In this document: positions 1-13,458 of the stretch, piece by piece
Layout of the letters: the number at the start of each line of letters is the position of its first letter
How positions within the stretch are numbered: the first letter of the stretch is position 1
Notes under the pieces: model-generated
Seen by the model: only the letters and a program-made list of their open reading frames with translations
Database searches by the model: none
Told to the model about the DNA's origin: nothing
Made by a program: the position numbers and the translations under genes
Source of the DNA: Vicugna vicugna
Lineage: Eukaryota
Direction of reading: 5' to 3'
DNA: 64,000 nucleotides
NCBI GenBank assembly: GCA_013265495.1
Contig: MU058824.1
Span: 5,296,691-5,360,690 of the forward strand

Positions 1-739
1 CGCTACATGATGCTGTGGTGGACATAGAAGATGAAAGGGCAGGAAATGGAAACTTTTAGATCATGAGAGCTTGAACTGTGTGTAAACCAAGATGTCTCCC
101 TGCACTTACCATACCATCTTCTGGTTCTTGTAGAGGCTGAACCCTGTTCAAAAGAGGGACTGGGCTAAGTAACCTTTTGTAATTTGAGAGAATTCCTATT
201 ACTCTTAACTAGGAAAAAACTAGGGAAAAAAAAAGAATCTATTATTTTAACATGTAGGTCTAATATATTTAAGTTTTTTTCCTAGTTTGTGAGGTCCAAG
301 TTGGTACAGTAAACAACCATTTCCTTCTCTCTGAAGCGTGAACTCTTTTTTTCCCCCCTTTTCAGTTTTATTAGGTAGAATTATTGCAGTTCGACTGCAC
401 ATACACATTGAAGCCTGAACTCTTAGCTAAGATTGTCACTGACAAGTTGTGCCCACACCCACTCACCTGTGTTATAAGTGCTTTCACTTGTGTACATACA
501 AAATCATGCAACTTGCCAAGAAAACCCAGTCACAAGGCAGGATACCCCTTCTGGCTGCAAAACCAGGTCCATTTGTAAATACTCCACCCCAGAGAATATT
601 TTAGATTAAGAAATGTTTGCCAGGCAGGGAGTTCACTCATAAAGGCTGCTCTGGTGCTGACTTAAGTGCAGAAAAGACAATTGTCAAATCTACTAATTGC
701 TGGCTTCTTGGAGGGAGTGTACAAAAGTTTTGAGAGTTT

Positions 740-3030
740 TTTTTTAATGTATTTTGGATACAAGTCCTTTATCAAATATCTGATTTGGAAATATTTTCTC
801 CCAGTTTGTGGCTTGTCTTTTCATTCTCTTAATATTTCTCAAAGAGCAGAAGCTTAGAATGTTGATGAAGTACAGTTTATCAGTGTGTTCTTTTATACAT
901 CTTGCTTGAATGGTATATCTAAAAACTCTACCTAGCTCAAAGTCATAAAGATTTTCTTGTGTTTTCTTCTGAGTTGTAGTTTTATACTTTGCATTTAGAT
1001 CTCTGACCAATCTTGAGTTAATTTGGAGTGTGTGGGATGTAAGTCAAGATTCAGGAAGTCAAGATTCTTTTTTTGGAGGTGCATGCAAACGGATGCTGAA
1101 TTATTCTGGCTCCATTTATTGAAAAGATTATCATTTCTCCATTGATTTGACTTTTCACTTCAATCAAAAATCTCTTGGCCATTTATGTGTTGAGTCTATT
1201 TCTGGACTCTTTATTTCAGGAGTTAACTCTTTTATTTTCTTTAAAGGGCCAAATATTAAATAGTTTAGATTTTGTAGGTCACATGGTCTCTGTACCAACT
1301 ATTCAACTTAGCTTTTGTAGCATAAAAGTAGCCATAGACAATATGTAAACAAATGAGCATGACTCATGTTCCAAAAAACTTTACTTACAAAAATAGGCAG
1401 TGGGTCAGATTTGACCCACAGGCTTCAGTTGGCAACCCCTGCTCTATTGTGTTCCATTGAGTTTTGTGTCTCTCTCTTCTCCAGTACCACACTGTGTTGA
1501 TTATTGTTGTAAGCCTTGAAATTGGGTAACGTGAGTCCTCCACTTTACTCTTCTTTCCTTCAGTTGTTTTGGGTATTCTGCTTTCTTTGCCTTTCCATAT
1601 AAACCTGCAAGAAATCCTGCTGGAAATAAGAAGACCAGTTTGGAGAACATTGAAACATTAACTAAATTAATTTTTCCAGTCTTTGTACTTAATGTATCTC
1701 TTTGTTTATTCAGGTCTTCTATGATTTTGTTCATCAGCATTTTTTTTTCATCAGTGGTTTTTTCATTGGCATTTTGTAATTTCCAAATATTGGGGGATTT
1801 TCCAGAAAAATGCCTAGTCATTAAGTTATGGCCTGTAGTTTAATTCTGTTATGATCAGACAATATACTTTGTACAATTTCAATTTTTAAAAAAAATTGTT
1901 GGGGTTTGTTTTATGGCCCAGAATATGGTCTGTCTTAATGAATATTCCATGTTGCACTTGAAATGAATGTGTATTCTGCTCTTGTTGGGTGGAATGCACT
2001 ATAAATGTCAATGTGGTCAAGTTGGTTGATAGTATTGTTCAGGTCTTCTATATCCTTGCTTATTTTTTGTCTAACTATTACAGAGAGAGGGGTGTTGAAG
2101 TGTCCAGGTGTACTTGAGAATTTGTCTCTAATTCTTTCTTTTTATTTTTAAATCAGTTTTTGCTTCATGTATTCTGGACCTCTGTTCTTAGGAGCATATA
2201 CATTTAAAATTGTTATATCTTCTTGGGTAGTTGCTCCACCCATCACTATATAAATTTCCTCTTTACTGCTGGTAATTTTCCTTGTTCTGAAGTCTGGTTT
2301 TTCTGACATTGAAATAGCCAATCCAGCTTTTTTTCTGATTAGCATTTGCATTATCTATCTATCTATCTTTAAAGAAGGTTTCTTGAAAGCAGCATATTGT
2401 TATATAGTTTGGTCTTTTAAAAATTGAATGTGAGAATTTCTGTGTTTTAATGGACCATTTGGATTTAGTTGTACATTATATTATTTTCCTGTTTGTCTTC
2501 TCTGTTTCTTATTCCTCTTTCTCTCTTACTGGCTTCTTTTGGAATTTTTGTGTATTTATTAATATTTCATTTTAACTTATGTATTGGCTTTTGTCCACAT
2601 AGCTTTGCATCATTTTTTAGTGGTTGCTCCAGTGATTATAATATACATACCTAGCTCTCACAGTCTATTTAGATTTAATATTTTATCATTTCAAGTGAAA
2701 CACGGAAGACTTAGAACCACAAAGTTCTCTTTAGCATCTCCTTTTATAAGTGTCTCATGTATTACATGTATAAATGCAATGTTATAATTGTTGCTTTCAA
2801 CATTCATACATATTTAAAAGTTCTTAAGAGTAGAAAAATAGTCTATTTATCCTGATGTTTACCCTTTCTGCTATTCTTCCTTAATTCCTGAAGTTCCATG
2901 TTTCCTTCTGGGATCATGTCCCTTCAGCCCAAAGAACTTCCTTTAGCATTTCTTTTAGTGCAGGTCTTCTGGTAACAAATTTTCTTAGTTTTCTTCCGAA
3001 TGAGAATATTTTTAGTTCATCTTTTTTTCC
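740..3030 (-). mobile_element. Old L1 (L1M-type) ORF2/ORF1 remnants, antisense
   Basis: Minus-strand translation gives L1 ORF2-like peptides (RMKRQATNWEKIFPNQIFDKGLVSKI; QEDITILNVYAPKNRGPEYMKQKL) with many stops. Boundaries approximate. Confidence 0.8.
1217..1441 (+). mobile_element. MER58A-like hAT-Charlie non-autonomous DNA transposon inserted in L1
   Basis: CAGGAG...AAAGGGCCAAATA...GCCATAGACAATATGTAAACAAATG...GGCAACCCCTG resembles the MER58A consensus as I recall it; terminal inverted repeat CAGG/CCTG. Confidence 0.8.
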
Positions 3031-4070
3031 CTATTTTTTAATTGAGGTGTAATCGATGTACAATGTTATATAAGTTACAGGTGTACAACATAGTGATTTA
3101 CAATTTTTTTAGAGTTATACTCCATTTATAGTTATTGTAAAATATTGGCTATATTCCTTGTGTTATACAATATATACTTGTAGCTTATTTAGTTTGTATA
3201 TGATAGTTTTTACCTATTAATCCCCTATCCCTATCTTTTCCCTGCTCCCTTCCCTCTCCCCACTGGTAAACACTAGTTTGTTCTCTATATTGGTGAGTCT
3301 GTTTCCTTTTTGTTATATTCACTAGTTTGTTTTATTTTTTATATTCCCACGTAAGTAATATCATACGGTATTTATCTTTTTCTGTCTGATTTATTTCACT
3401 TAGCATAAATACTCTCCAAATGCATCTATTTTGCAAATGGCAAAATTTCATTCTTCTTGTTTTTGTCCCAGCAGAGGCCAAAAACATTTATTTATTTTTT
3501 TATTGTTTAAGCACTTTTATTGTGGTATAATTACTGTACAGTAGACTACACATATTTCAGATGTACAATTTGATGAATTTTGATAGATGTATACACCTAT
3601 GGAATCACCACCACAATCAAGCTAACATTTCCATTACTCCCCAAGAGATGCAATTTTGATTTCCCAATTTATCCCATCCCACCCCCTTTACCGCCTGGTA
3701 ACCGTAGTTTATTCTCTATGCTGTGAGTCTGTTTCTGTTTTGTAGAAAAGTTCATTTGTGTCTTTTCTTTTTTAGATTCCACATATAAGTGTTATCATAT
3801 GGTATTTTTCTTTCTCTTTTTGGCTTACTTCACTTAGAATGACATTCTCCAGGTCCATCCATTTTGCTGCAAATGGCATTATTTTATTCTTTTTTATGGC
3901 TTAGCAGTGTTCTGTTGTATATATATGTATGTGTGTGTGTGTGTGTNNNNNNNNNNNNNNNNNNNNNNNNNNNNNNACACCACATCTTCTGTATCCATTC
4001 ATCTGTTGATGGACACTTAGGTTCCTTCCATATTTTGGCAATTGTAAAATAATGCTCCTGTGAACCTTGT
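3030..4070 (-). mobile_element. Nested L1 3' end fragments with (TG)n and an assembly gap (3947-3976)
   Basis: T-rich tails and the typical antisense L1 3'UTR motifs TTAGATTCCACATATAAGTG and CATTCATCTGTTGATGGACACTTAGG. Confidence 0.75.
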
Positions 4071-6804
4071 GTATGTTAGTTCATCTTCATTTTTGAAAGA
4101 CTTTTTAGCTGGCCATAACATTGTGGATTTTTAACATTTTAAAGATGTTACACTGTTTTCTGGACTATATGGTTTTTGATGAGAAATCCACAGTGATTTT
4201 AACTGTAACATTGTATTTTTCTTTTGTTATTTTCAAGATTTCTTAATCTTTGGTTTTAAGAAGCTTGGTTATGGTGTGTCTTGCAATTGTTTTCTTTTAA
4301 TTTTTGAGCATTTTGAATTTTTAAATTTATGATTTTCATTAAATTTGGGCAATTTCAAGTCATTATGTCCGAAATTATTATGAAATCCTTACAATTCTAG
4401 AACTCATAAGGATATATTAGCTAAAATTATATTTCTAGATCCTTAACTAACCTTGAGAGCTTAGTCATTAAACAAGTGATTAAGTTAATTAATAAAGCAT
4501 CTTTGAATACCTGAATTATTTCTAAGAAACAGATGCAAAAGTACTGCTCACTAAACATAATTTTGATTTACCCCTATTTCTTAGAATAGCACTATATTAA
4601 AAAATGTGAAAAGTATGCAAATTCACTGGATAATTATTTGCTACCTCAATTTTCTTAAGATAATATGTAGTAATGCCCATGAAAAAACTAGCTAAATCAC
4701 TCTTGCTTTTCTGACTTCTACTTTTCTCCTATGTCTGGAGAAAATAAAAGTTGGTTACTTTAGTTAAAGATGATCATTAATATAATCAGGTGACTATGCT
4801 AGGCATTTTTTCCTGTTTCTTCAGTAACTAGAACAGTACACCAAAGCACCCAATTAAAATTTGTTGAATTGACAGTGGCAGTGAAGAGAAAAGCCCAAGA
4901 TTGGGCCTAAAATATCTTTACAACAAGAAGTACCACCTTTCCCAATTTAAAAAATTTGTTTTCTGCATTATGGGTAGGTTATAGTATTAGCTCCAAAAGT
5001 TAGAAGACAAAGGAAAAACTTTGTTACAGAAAGACAAAATTCTAATAAAGAAATGGGAGGAAAAGAAAAGAAGACACCAAAAGAAAAAAAAAATCCAAAA
5101 AGAGGATTAAATTGGATGAAAGGAAGGACAAGTGAAAAGAAAAGACATAGAATGTGACAGATAAAAGATAGCATTTTGAAACACTTGCCTTTTACCAATA
5201 AATGTTTTATTATTAGAAAAAGAACTTCTGAGGTCAATGGGACAATCAATTGTCAAATACTTAAAATGCTAACGATGTGTGGGAAGTTCACATTTGGCTT
5301 CAGACAGAGGTTTACCTCAACAGCTTCTCACTCCTGTTCCCTTCATTCTTCTCCTCCTCACCTCTAATCCTTTCTGTCTTTCCTTCTCATTCCCTCAGGA
5401 CTGCATGTGCGCACACCCACAAAGACCAAAAAATCTGTGGAGAAGTGCACCCACGCAGACGTTTATACCTAGAAACACATATGGTCAGATTCAGGAGACC
5501 CATCTCCACGGTGCATATCCATGTGATACAAAAAATATACCCTCAAGGAGATATCCACAACCTCAGTTTCCATATGAAGACAGAATGAAATCTAAACCTC
5601 ACTCACTTAGATTGAATATATACAAAATAAAATGTACCCAGAGTAAAATAAGTATTTCAAGAATCCTTCTGTTATTTCTGCATACCTTTACACAGAAGCA
5701 CCAGCAGCTTTATGCATGCTGACTTCTGCATGTGGATCACTCTCTCTTCCAGTTCCACATGTTAAAATCCTTTCTCTGCTTTGAGCACCAGTTTAAATGC
5801 CATTTTCTACATAAAGCTTTCCCAGCTCTCTTCAACCAAAAATAATCTCTCTCTCTTTTTACAGGAGATTTATATAGCAGTTTATCTGTACCAAGTACAC
5901 TGAGTATTTTTGTATAACTCACTGTTAGTTCCTACTTTTAAATTATCAGCATTCACTTCTAGATAACATTTGTCTCTCCCTAACCAAGTGCTTTATTCAA
6001 TAAATAGCCTTTAATAGATACTACTCTAAACTAATGGGAGAAAACTGAGGCACACAAGAGGGAAACAGCTTAGACTAAAAAATAGAGGTACTATTCTCCT
6101 CTATGAGGAGGCTGGAGATTGTGGTCATGGCAGGAGCCTGGTGTTTAGAATTGCCCTCCCTGCCTCTGCAAGCTGGTTAGGAGAGTGGAGACCATCTAGG
6201 AGAAACAGAAAGGAGGGAAAACTTGGAGTCAGTGTTCCTCAGCTTTATAGGTAGAAAGACTCCATCTTGTCAAGATTCTCCGAGCCAATTAATTTCTTTA
6301 GGAAACCAACTGTATTGTACTGAATTACCAACTGAAAAGAGTCTGAGGCATAAGTCATCATGCTAATTTACTAATTTATACTAAGAAATATAATCCTAAG
6401 AGACCTGGCATACTCCCACCTGCTAGTTATGGCATTCTCTTTATATAGGTCTGTTTACATTGAAAGTTACATGCTTGATGAGTCTGTAATCAAGCCAAGA
6501 GTGTGAATGGGACAATCTCAGATGCTAATGTCTCTGGACTGTGACAGCCTGATGCCTGCTGCCCCTGGGGGACCTTCCTGATGAGAAGAAGTAGGTATGT
6601 ACCTGGATGACGCTGGACACCTTTGGACCCAGTCTTGCTCTTTGGCTTACATTTTAGATTCCTTTTATTACTATGGCCCTTCTTTTAAAAAACAACTGGG
6701 CATGCAAGTAGTCTGCAATTTCAGACATCTTATAACCATACAATGTGTGTATATCCTGTCAACTTGATTGAAATGGACGTTTCAAGGCTTAGAAACAAAC
6801 TAAT

Positions 6805-6957
6805 CCATCACTAAGTTGCTGTGTGACATCATGCTAATTACTTTATTTGTAGGTGATTCAGTTTCCTCATATATAACATGGAATAAGGATACCTGGTTAT
6901 GGTTGATAGATAAGGACTGATTGAGGTGATGGGTGTAAAGGGCCTGGCACATAGTAA
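6805..6957 (+). mobile_element. MIR SINE
   Basis: GCTGTGTGAC...CAGTTTCCTCATATATAA...GGCCTGGCACATAGTAA core. Confidence 0.7.
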
Positions 6958-7619
6958 TTTTTCTCAGGGTTAATTCCCCATTCTTCCTTGTGTTCCTGAA
7001 TTCTTATCCTCCATTTATAGATCACTGTCTAAGTTAGGTCATTGCCGGAGATGGCCAAACTCACCTGCTGTGGGAGGGCTTTTCGTGTGTCATCCACAGA
7101 GAGTTGCTTTAAATTTTATGGTTCTTTTGCTGTCACTCTGTTCACCATCCTCCCTTGAGAGCTCTTTTCCTTTTCTTAACTGAAATCTGTCATAAATAGG
7201 AATTATATGTCAGAACATTTAGAAGCATTTCTTTAAATGGGAAAAAACGATGTAGATCCTGAAACATTTTTGACAACATAACTGAAATTTCATTTTTACA
7301 GAAGTTTCTCTTAGATGAATTATTAAAGGCAGATGGAAATGTAATTATTTTTGTTGGTTGAATGGGTAACTTTCATTAATGTTTAATAGAATAATGCATT
7401 TTTAATAAGAATAAAAGTTTTGTAATCAGAGTAACATAACACATACTGTTTGTAAGACATGAATAAACTAATAATTTCAATAGAAAAGCTTTATAAGTAT
7501 ATAAATTCAAAAGCATTTTTACTTGTGTTTATGTTTATTTATTTACATATCTCCTTGTGACAGTTTTTAGTTGTTAGTAAGTTATTTTAAAGCATTTTAT
7601 TTTGGAAGATTCTGTTTTT

Positions 7620-10600
7620 AATTATCTTTTTATTAAGAAAAATTTCAAATATATTTACAATTTTTGAAAGAATGACATTCCTTCATGTGTCTATCACCCC
7701 ACTTCAACAGTTAACATTTATGGGGGATATAAGTTGTTTCTTCTGTACCCTCACACTATTCCAATCTCATTATTTTGAAGTAAACCCCAGACATCAGGCA
7801 GTTATTTCAGTTAGTATCTAAAAACACACAAACTTAGAAAACTACTGCACTACCATTATCAAACCTAGACGTTTACAATAATTTTTTTTTTTAGTTGAAG
7901 TAAAGTCAGTTTACAATGTGTCAGTTTCTGGCATACAGCATAATGTTTTAGTCAGACATATGCATACATACATTTGTTTTCATATTCTTTTTTATTATGC
8001 AGTACTTTCTTAATATCATCAAATATCCAGTCAGTGTTTAAATTCCCTTCGTTGGCTCATAAATGTTATTTTTATTTTTCAGTTTATTTGTTGGAATTAG
8101 AATACAAATACAATTCCATAAATGGCAATTTATTGAAATGTCCCTTAAGCCTCTTTCAGTACATAGATTGTGCTCCATTGCTCTCACTTTTTTTCCTTAT
8201 AATTTTTTGGTTGAAGAAATTAGATCAATTTACTATAGTCTTGATTCTGGTGATTGTATCCCTATGGTTTAGCATGTTTCTTTGTCCTCTATATTTCCTC
8301 TTAATTGGTAGTTAGATTCAGAATTTTGATCAAATTTAAGTTCCATTGTTTTAGGCAAGAACACTTCATAAGTGGTGTTGTGTACTTCCTTTAGAAAACA
8401 CATAATATTTGGTTACCTGCTTATGCTGTCAGTAGTGTTTGATGATTAATGACTAGATCCATTAATTCATTAGAGTTTTCAAAATGTTGATTGTGAAGCT
8501 TTTAGTTTTGATGAAGACCAATTTGTCAACTTACTCTTTTATAGATCATACGTTTGATGTAATATCTGAGAAATCTTTGCCTAACCCAAGGTTACAAAGA
8601 TTTTTCTCATATATTTTCTTCTGGATGATTTATAGGTTTAGGTTTTATTTTAGTTCTTTAATTCTTTAAAAAATTTTTTTTTGAAAAAACCACTTATTTG
8701 AAGGGCTGCATCCAATTGAATTTTCTATTCTGACAAAATGCTAATTTATCTACTCTGTTAATACAACATCTCAGCAAATGCAAATGGCATTATATGAATA
8801 ATTCTATAAAAAATTGAAACTAAACTACATGTTTCAATTCTAAGTGACATTTGCAGAGACCCCTTCATTCATATATTTAATCTTGATTTTTTAAAAGAGT
8901 ATATCCTGTATTTCCTAATGAAAAACTGTGTAGATTCTAAAAAAAATGAAGATAATATTAAAAATGAATTGTAAATACTGTCTCTTATTCTGCTATACTG
9001 TGCAAGTAAGTCTTAGTACAAGAATAGCCACAAATCATGTATATTTGTAAAGACTTTTTCCACCATCAAATGCCTTTTTTTAATTATGATAAAATATGCA
9101 TAACACAAAACTTACCATTTTAATCATTTTAAGTGTACAGTTCAATGGTATTAAGTACATTCATATTGTTGTGTCCCTAATCTATTTAAAATTAATGTTT
9201 CTTTGTGTTCAGAGTAATGGACTGAAATGAATTACTTTTGCATATTGATATCATTGTTCCAAAATCATTTGTTGAAAAAACTATTCTTTCCCCACTGAGT
9301 TGCTTTTGTACCTTTATCAAAAATCACTTGTCCACATATGTATGGGTCTATTTATGGCCTCTGTTCTGTTCCACTGATTTTATTTATCAATGTTTATTTA
9401 TGCCAGTACCACATTGTGTTGATTACTATAGCTTTATAATAAAAGAAGTCTTCAAATCAGGTAGTGTTAGCCTTCTGTATTAGTCAAGGTTCTCCAGAAA
9501 AAAGAACTAATCATGGATATATATAAAAGAGACTATAAGAAATTGCCTCTTGTGATAGTGAGGGCTGAGAAGTCCCACAACCTGCTGTCTACAAGCTGGA
9601 GACCCAGGAGAGCAGGTGGTGTTGTTCCAGTCTCAGTGCAGGAGAAGACTGACGTCCCAGCTCAAAAATGATCTGGCAGAGAGAGCAAATTCACCTTCAC
9701 CTCACCTTTTATTTCTATTCAGGCCTCCAACAGAATGGATGAGGCTTGCCCTTAACGGGGAGGGCAATCTGCTTTACTCAGTCTACCAATTCAAATGTTA
9801 ATCTTACCAGAAACACTCTCATAAACATACCCAGAATAACATTTAACCAATTATTTCGGGCACACCATGTCCTAGTCAAGCTGACACATAAAATTAACAG
9901 TCACACCTTCTAAACTTTATTCTTCTTCAAAGTTGATTTTCTAATCAAGGGCCTTTGTACTACTATATAAATTTTGGAGTCAGATTATCAGTTTCCACAA
10001 AAGAGCCCACCAGGATGGCATTGAATTTGTAAATTAATTTGGGGAGAAATGACATCTTAACAATATTAAGCCTTCTGACCCATGAAAGAAGCATCTCTCT
10101 CTGTTTATGGGTTCTCTAAATTGTCTCAGAAGTATTTTGTAGTTTAAAGTGTATGTCTCTTGCATCTTCTGATTGATTTATTCCTATATTTATTAGATTT
10201 TTTGGTATTTAAATTTTTTCAATTTCTGATTGTTGCAAGTACATAAAAATCCAATTGAGTTTTGTACATTGATCTTGTATCCGTCAGCCTTGCTTACTCA
10301 CTTATTAGTTCTAGTAGCTTTTAAAATAGATTCCATAACATTTTCTAAATAAACAATCATGCTGTTGGGGCAGTTTCATGTCTTCCTTTTCAGTACGGAT
10401 GATTTTATTTTCTTTCTTTCCTTATGAAACTGGCAAGAATCTCCAGTGCAATGTTGAAAAGAATTATTGAGAGAAGGCCTCTTTGTCTTGTTCCTGATCT
10501 TGAAGTGGAAAGCATTCAATCTTTCACCATTAGCTATATATATTATTTTATAGATGCTCTTTGTCGGTCTCTGGAATTTTGCTTCTGTTTAAAGCTTGCT

Positions 10601-11300
10601 AACAGTTTTTATGAGGAATGGATGTTGGATTTTGTCAGATACTTTTTCTGCATTGATTGAGCTAATCATGTGGTTTTTCGTTTTTAGTTTGTTAACATGG
10701 AGAATGTCAGTGATCAATTTTTGAGTTTTAAACCAACCCTGCATTCCTGGGATCAAGTCCCCTGGTCATGACGTATTATACATTTTATATATTGTTGGAT
10801 TCAGTTTGCTAAAATATTGATAAGAATTTTGACACATGTTCACGAAGAATATTGATCTGTAGTTTTCTATTCTTATAATGTCTTTGGATTTGATATCAAG
10901 GCAATTTGGCTTCAATGAATTGAGAAGTAGTCCCTTCTCTTCACATTTTTGGAAGAATTTGTATATAATTGCTATTATTTCTTCCTTAAATACTTGGTAG
11001 AATTCACCAATGAAGAAATATGGGCTTGGAGTTTTCTTTGTGACAAGAATTATTTGTGGTAAAATTGTAACCACAAATCCTCTTTAAATATATATAAGTC
11101 TATTCAGGTTATCTATTTCTTATTGAGTAGATTTTGATAGCATGTGTCTTTCAAAGAATTTGTCCATTTTATCTGAGTTGTCAATTTGTAGACATTAAAT
11201 TTTTCATATACTAATTTATTATCCTTTTAATATCTGTAGAATTCATATTGAATCACTTCTATCATTCATAATATTGGTAATTTTTATCATCTCTTGTTTT
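7620..11300 (-). mobile_element. Fragmented old L1 sequence, antisense, interrupted by an LTR
   Basis: Minus-strand L1 ORF2-like peptide (FIGEFYQVFKEEII...ENYRSIFFVN) and L1 3' motifs. Confidence 0.7.
9476..9905 (-). mobile_element. MLT2 (ERVL) solo LTR with 5 bp target-site duplication CCTTC
   Basis: Starts TGTATTAGTCAAGGTTCTCCAGA and ends GTCAAGCTGACACATAAAATTAACAGTCACA (TG...CA termini). CCTTC at 9471-9475 and 9906-9910. Confidence 0.85.
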
Positions 11301-11554
11301 CCCTTATTTTCCTATAACTTCTCAGAATATGGAGGACTCTGACCTTGTTGGAGACCCCCAACTCTGAACTATGGTCTTTGGCTTGACACAAACCACAGCC
11401 AAGTTTCTTAACCAGTCTCCTTGGGATCCACAGAGTGTCCATAAATGAAGTTCATAAATCCTGAAACTTTATCAAATTTTGAGTGTAAGAAAAGGGGCAT
11501 AGTTTCATCAGAGTCTCACCAAGTTCTACTAGAATATAAGAACGATTGCTCTGG

Positions 11555-13225
11555 GATAAAAACAGACACACATAGATCAATGGAACAGAATAAAAAGTGC
11601 AGACATAAACCCATGCATATATGATCAATTAATTTATGATGGAGGAGCCAAGAATATACAATAGGGAAAGAATAGTCTCTTTAATAAATGATATTGGGAA
11701 AACTGGACAATGACATGCAAAAGGAAACTGGAACCCTATCTTACACGAAATACAAAAATCAACTCAAAATGGATTAAAGACTTGAATGTAAGACCTGAAA
11801 CCATGAAAATCCTGGAAGAAAACATAGTGGGTAAGCTTCTTGATATTAATCGTGGTAATGAATTTTTTGCATTTGATACCTGAAGCAAAGGAAACAAAAG
11901 CAAAAATAAACAAGCAGAACTATATAAAAGTACAAGGCTTCTGCATAGCAAAGGAAAACATTAACAAAATGAAAAGGCAACGAGAGAAAAGTATTTGTAA
12001 ATCATTTATCTGATAAGGTGTGAATATCCAAAAAATTTAAAGAACTCATACAACTAAATAGCAAAACCAAACAACTCAATTGAAAAATGGGCAGATGACC
12101 TGAATAGGTATTTTTCCAAAGAAGACATACAAATGATTAACAGGTATATGAAAGGTGCTCAACATCACCAATCACTGGAGAACGCAAATCAAACCCACGA
12201 TGAGACAGCAGCTCAAGCCTGTTGGAATGGCTTTCATCAAAAAGACAAGAGGTAACAAATGCTCATGAGGATACGGGCAAAAGGGAGTCCTTGTGCCCTG
12301 TTGGTGGGGATGTAAATTGATGCAGCCACTACGGAAAACAGTATGGAGGCTCCTCAAAAAATTAAAAGTAGAACTCCTGTATGATCCAGCAATCCCATTT
12401 CTGGGTATTTATCTGAAGGAAACGAAATCATTGTCTCCAAGAGATACCTATACACCGATGTTCACTGCAGCATTATTTATAATAGCCAAAACATGGAAAC
12501 AACCTAAGCATCCATTGACAGATGAATGGATATAGAAGATGATATGGGATATTTTTCAGCCTTTAAAGAGAAGGAAATACTGCCATTTGCAACATGGAAG
12601 GACCTTGACAGCATTATGCTAAGTGAAATAGAGAAAGACAAATACTATGTGGTCTCACTTATACATGGAAAATGGAAAAAAATACAAACGCATACAGAGA
12701 ACAGATTGCTGGTTGTCAGTGGCAGAGGGTGGGGATGGGGGAAATTGGTGAAGGTGGTCAAAAGGGACAAAATTTCAGTTATAAGATTAATAAGTTCTGA
12801 GGTTCTAATATATAGCATGTGACTATAGTTAACAATATTGTATACTTGAAAGCTGCTAAGAGAGTAGTTCTTTTTTAGCCACTGTTTTCTTTCCACAACT
12901 TAACTATTCATTTTATTTATTTATTCTTTGTTTAGAGGGAGGTAATTAGGTTTATTTATTTATTTTTTGATGGAGGTACTAGGGATTGAACCCAGGACCT
13001 TGTGCATGCTAGGCAGGCACTCTACCAGTGAGCTGTACCCTCCCCACCAAGAGAGTAGATCTTAAAAGTTCTTCTTACAAGAAAAAAATTATGACTACGT
13101 GAGGTGATAGATGTTAACGAAACTTATTGTGGTAATCATTTCACAATATCTACATACATTAGACTATTATGTTGTTCACCTTAAACTAATACAATGTTAT
13201 ATGCCAGTTATATCTCAATACAAAT
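11555..13225 (+). mobile_element. L1 ORF2 3' part plus 3'UTR, sense, degenerate
   Basis: Peptide CWWGCKLMQPLRKTVWRLLKKLKVELLYDPAIPFLGIY...PMFTAALFIIAKTWKQPK is the L1 ORF2 C-terminus. Confidence 0.9.
12872..13048 (-). mobile_element. tRNA-derived SINE (camelid Vic-type) inserted into the L1 3'UTR
   Basis: GGAGGTACTAGGGATTGAACCCAGGACC...CACTCTACCAGTGAGCT carries reverse-complement B and A boxes. AT-rich tail. Flanking repeat AAGAGAGTAG at 12858-12867 and 13049-13058. Confidence 0.8.
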
Positions 13226-13334
13226 GGGGTTTGAGGGAAAGAACTGTTGCTCTTTGGAGGCCACTTGCTCCCAAACACACACCCAGATCCCAGTGCTCTA
13301 TTGCTTGAAAATTATTTTTGACATTTATTTAATA

Positions 13335-13458
13335 TATGGATTTCAAGGCCCTTCCCCTGGAGATTCTGATTCATCAAGCCTGGGGTGAGGCCAGGAAATC
13401 TATATTTTTACAATCCTCCTGATGATTCTGATGTAAGGCCAGGATTGAGAGCCACTGG
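13335..13458. mobile_element. MER5-like hAT DNA transposon fragment
   Basis: GATTCTGATTCA...GGCCAGGAAATCTATATTTTTAC...GATGATTCTGATG...TTGAGAGCCACTG. Confidence 0.65.

Noticed and set aside
5279..5722. 147 aa ORF in apparently unique sequence
   Set aside because: No motif or splice support, non-ATG start, and length compatible with chance.
12975..13045. tRNA gene
   Set aside because: The A/B boxes belong to a SINE head with tail and target-site repeat; no full cloverleaf.
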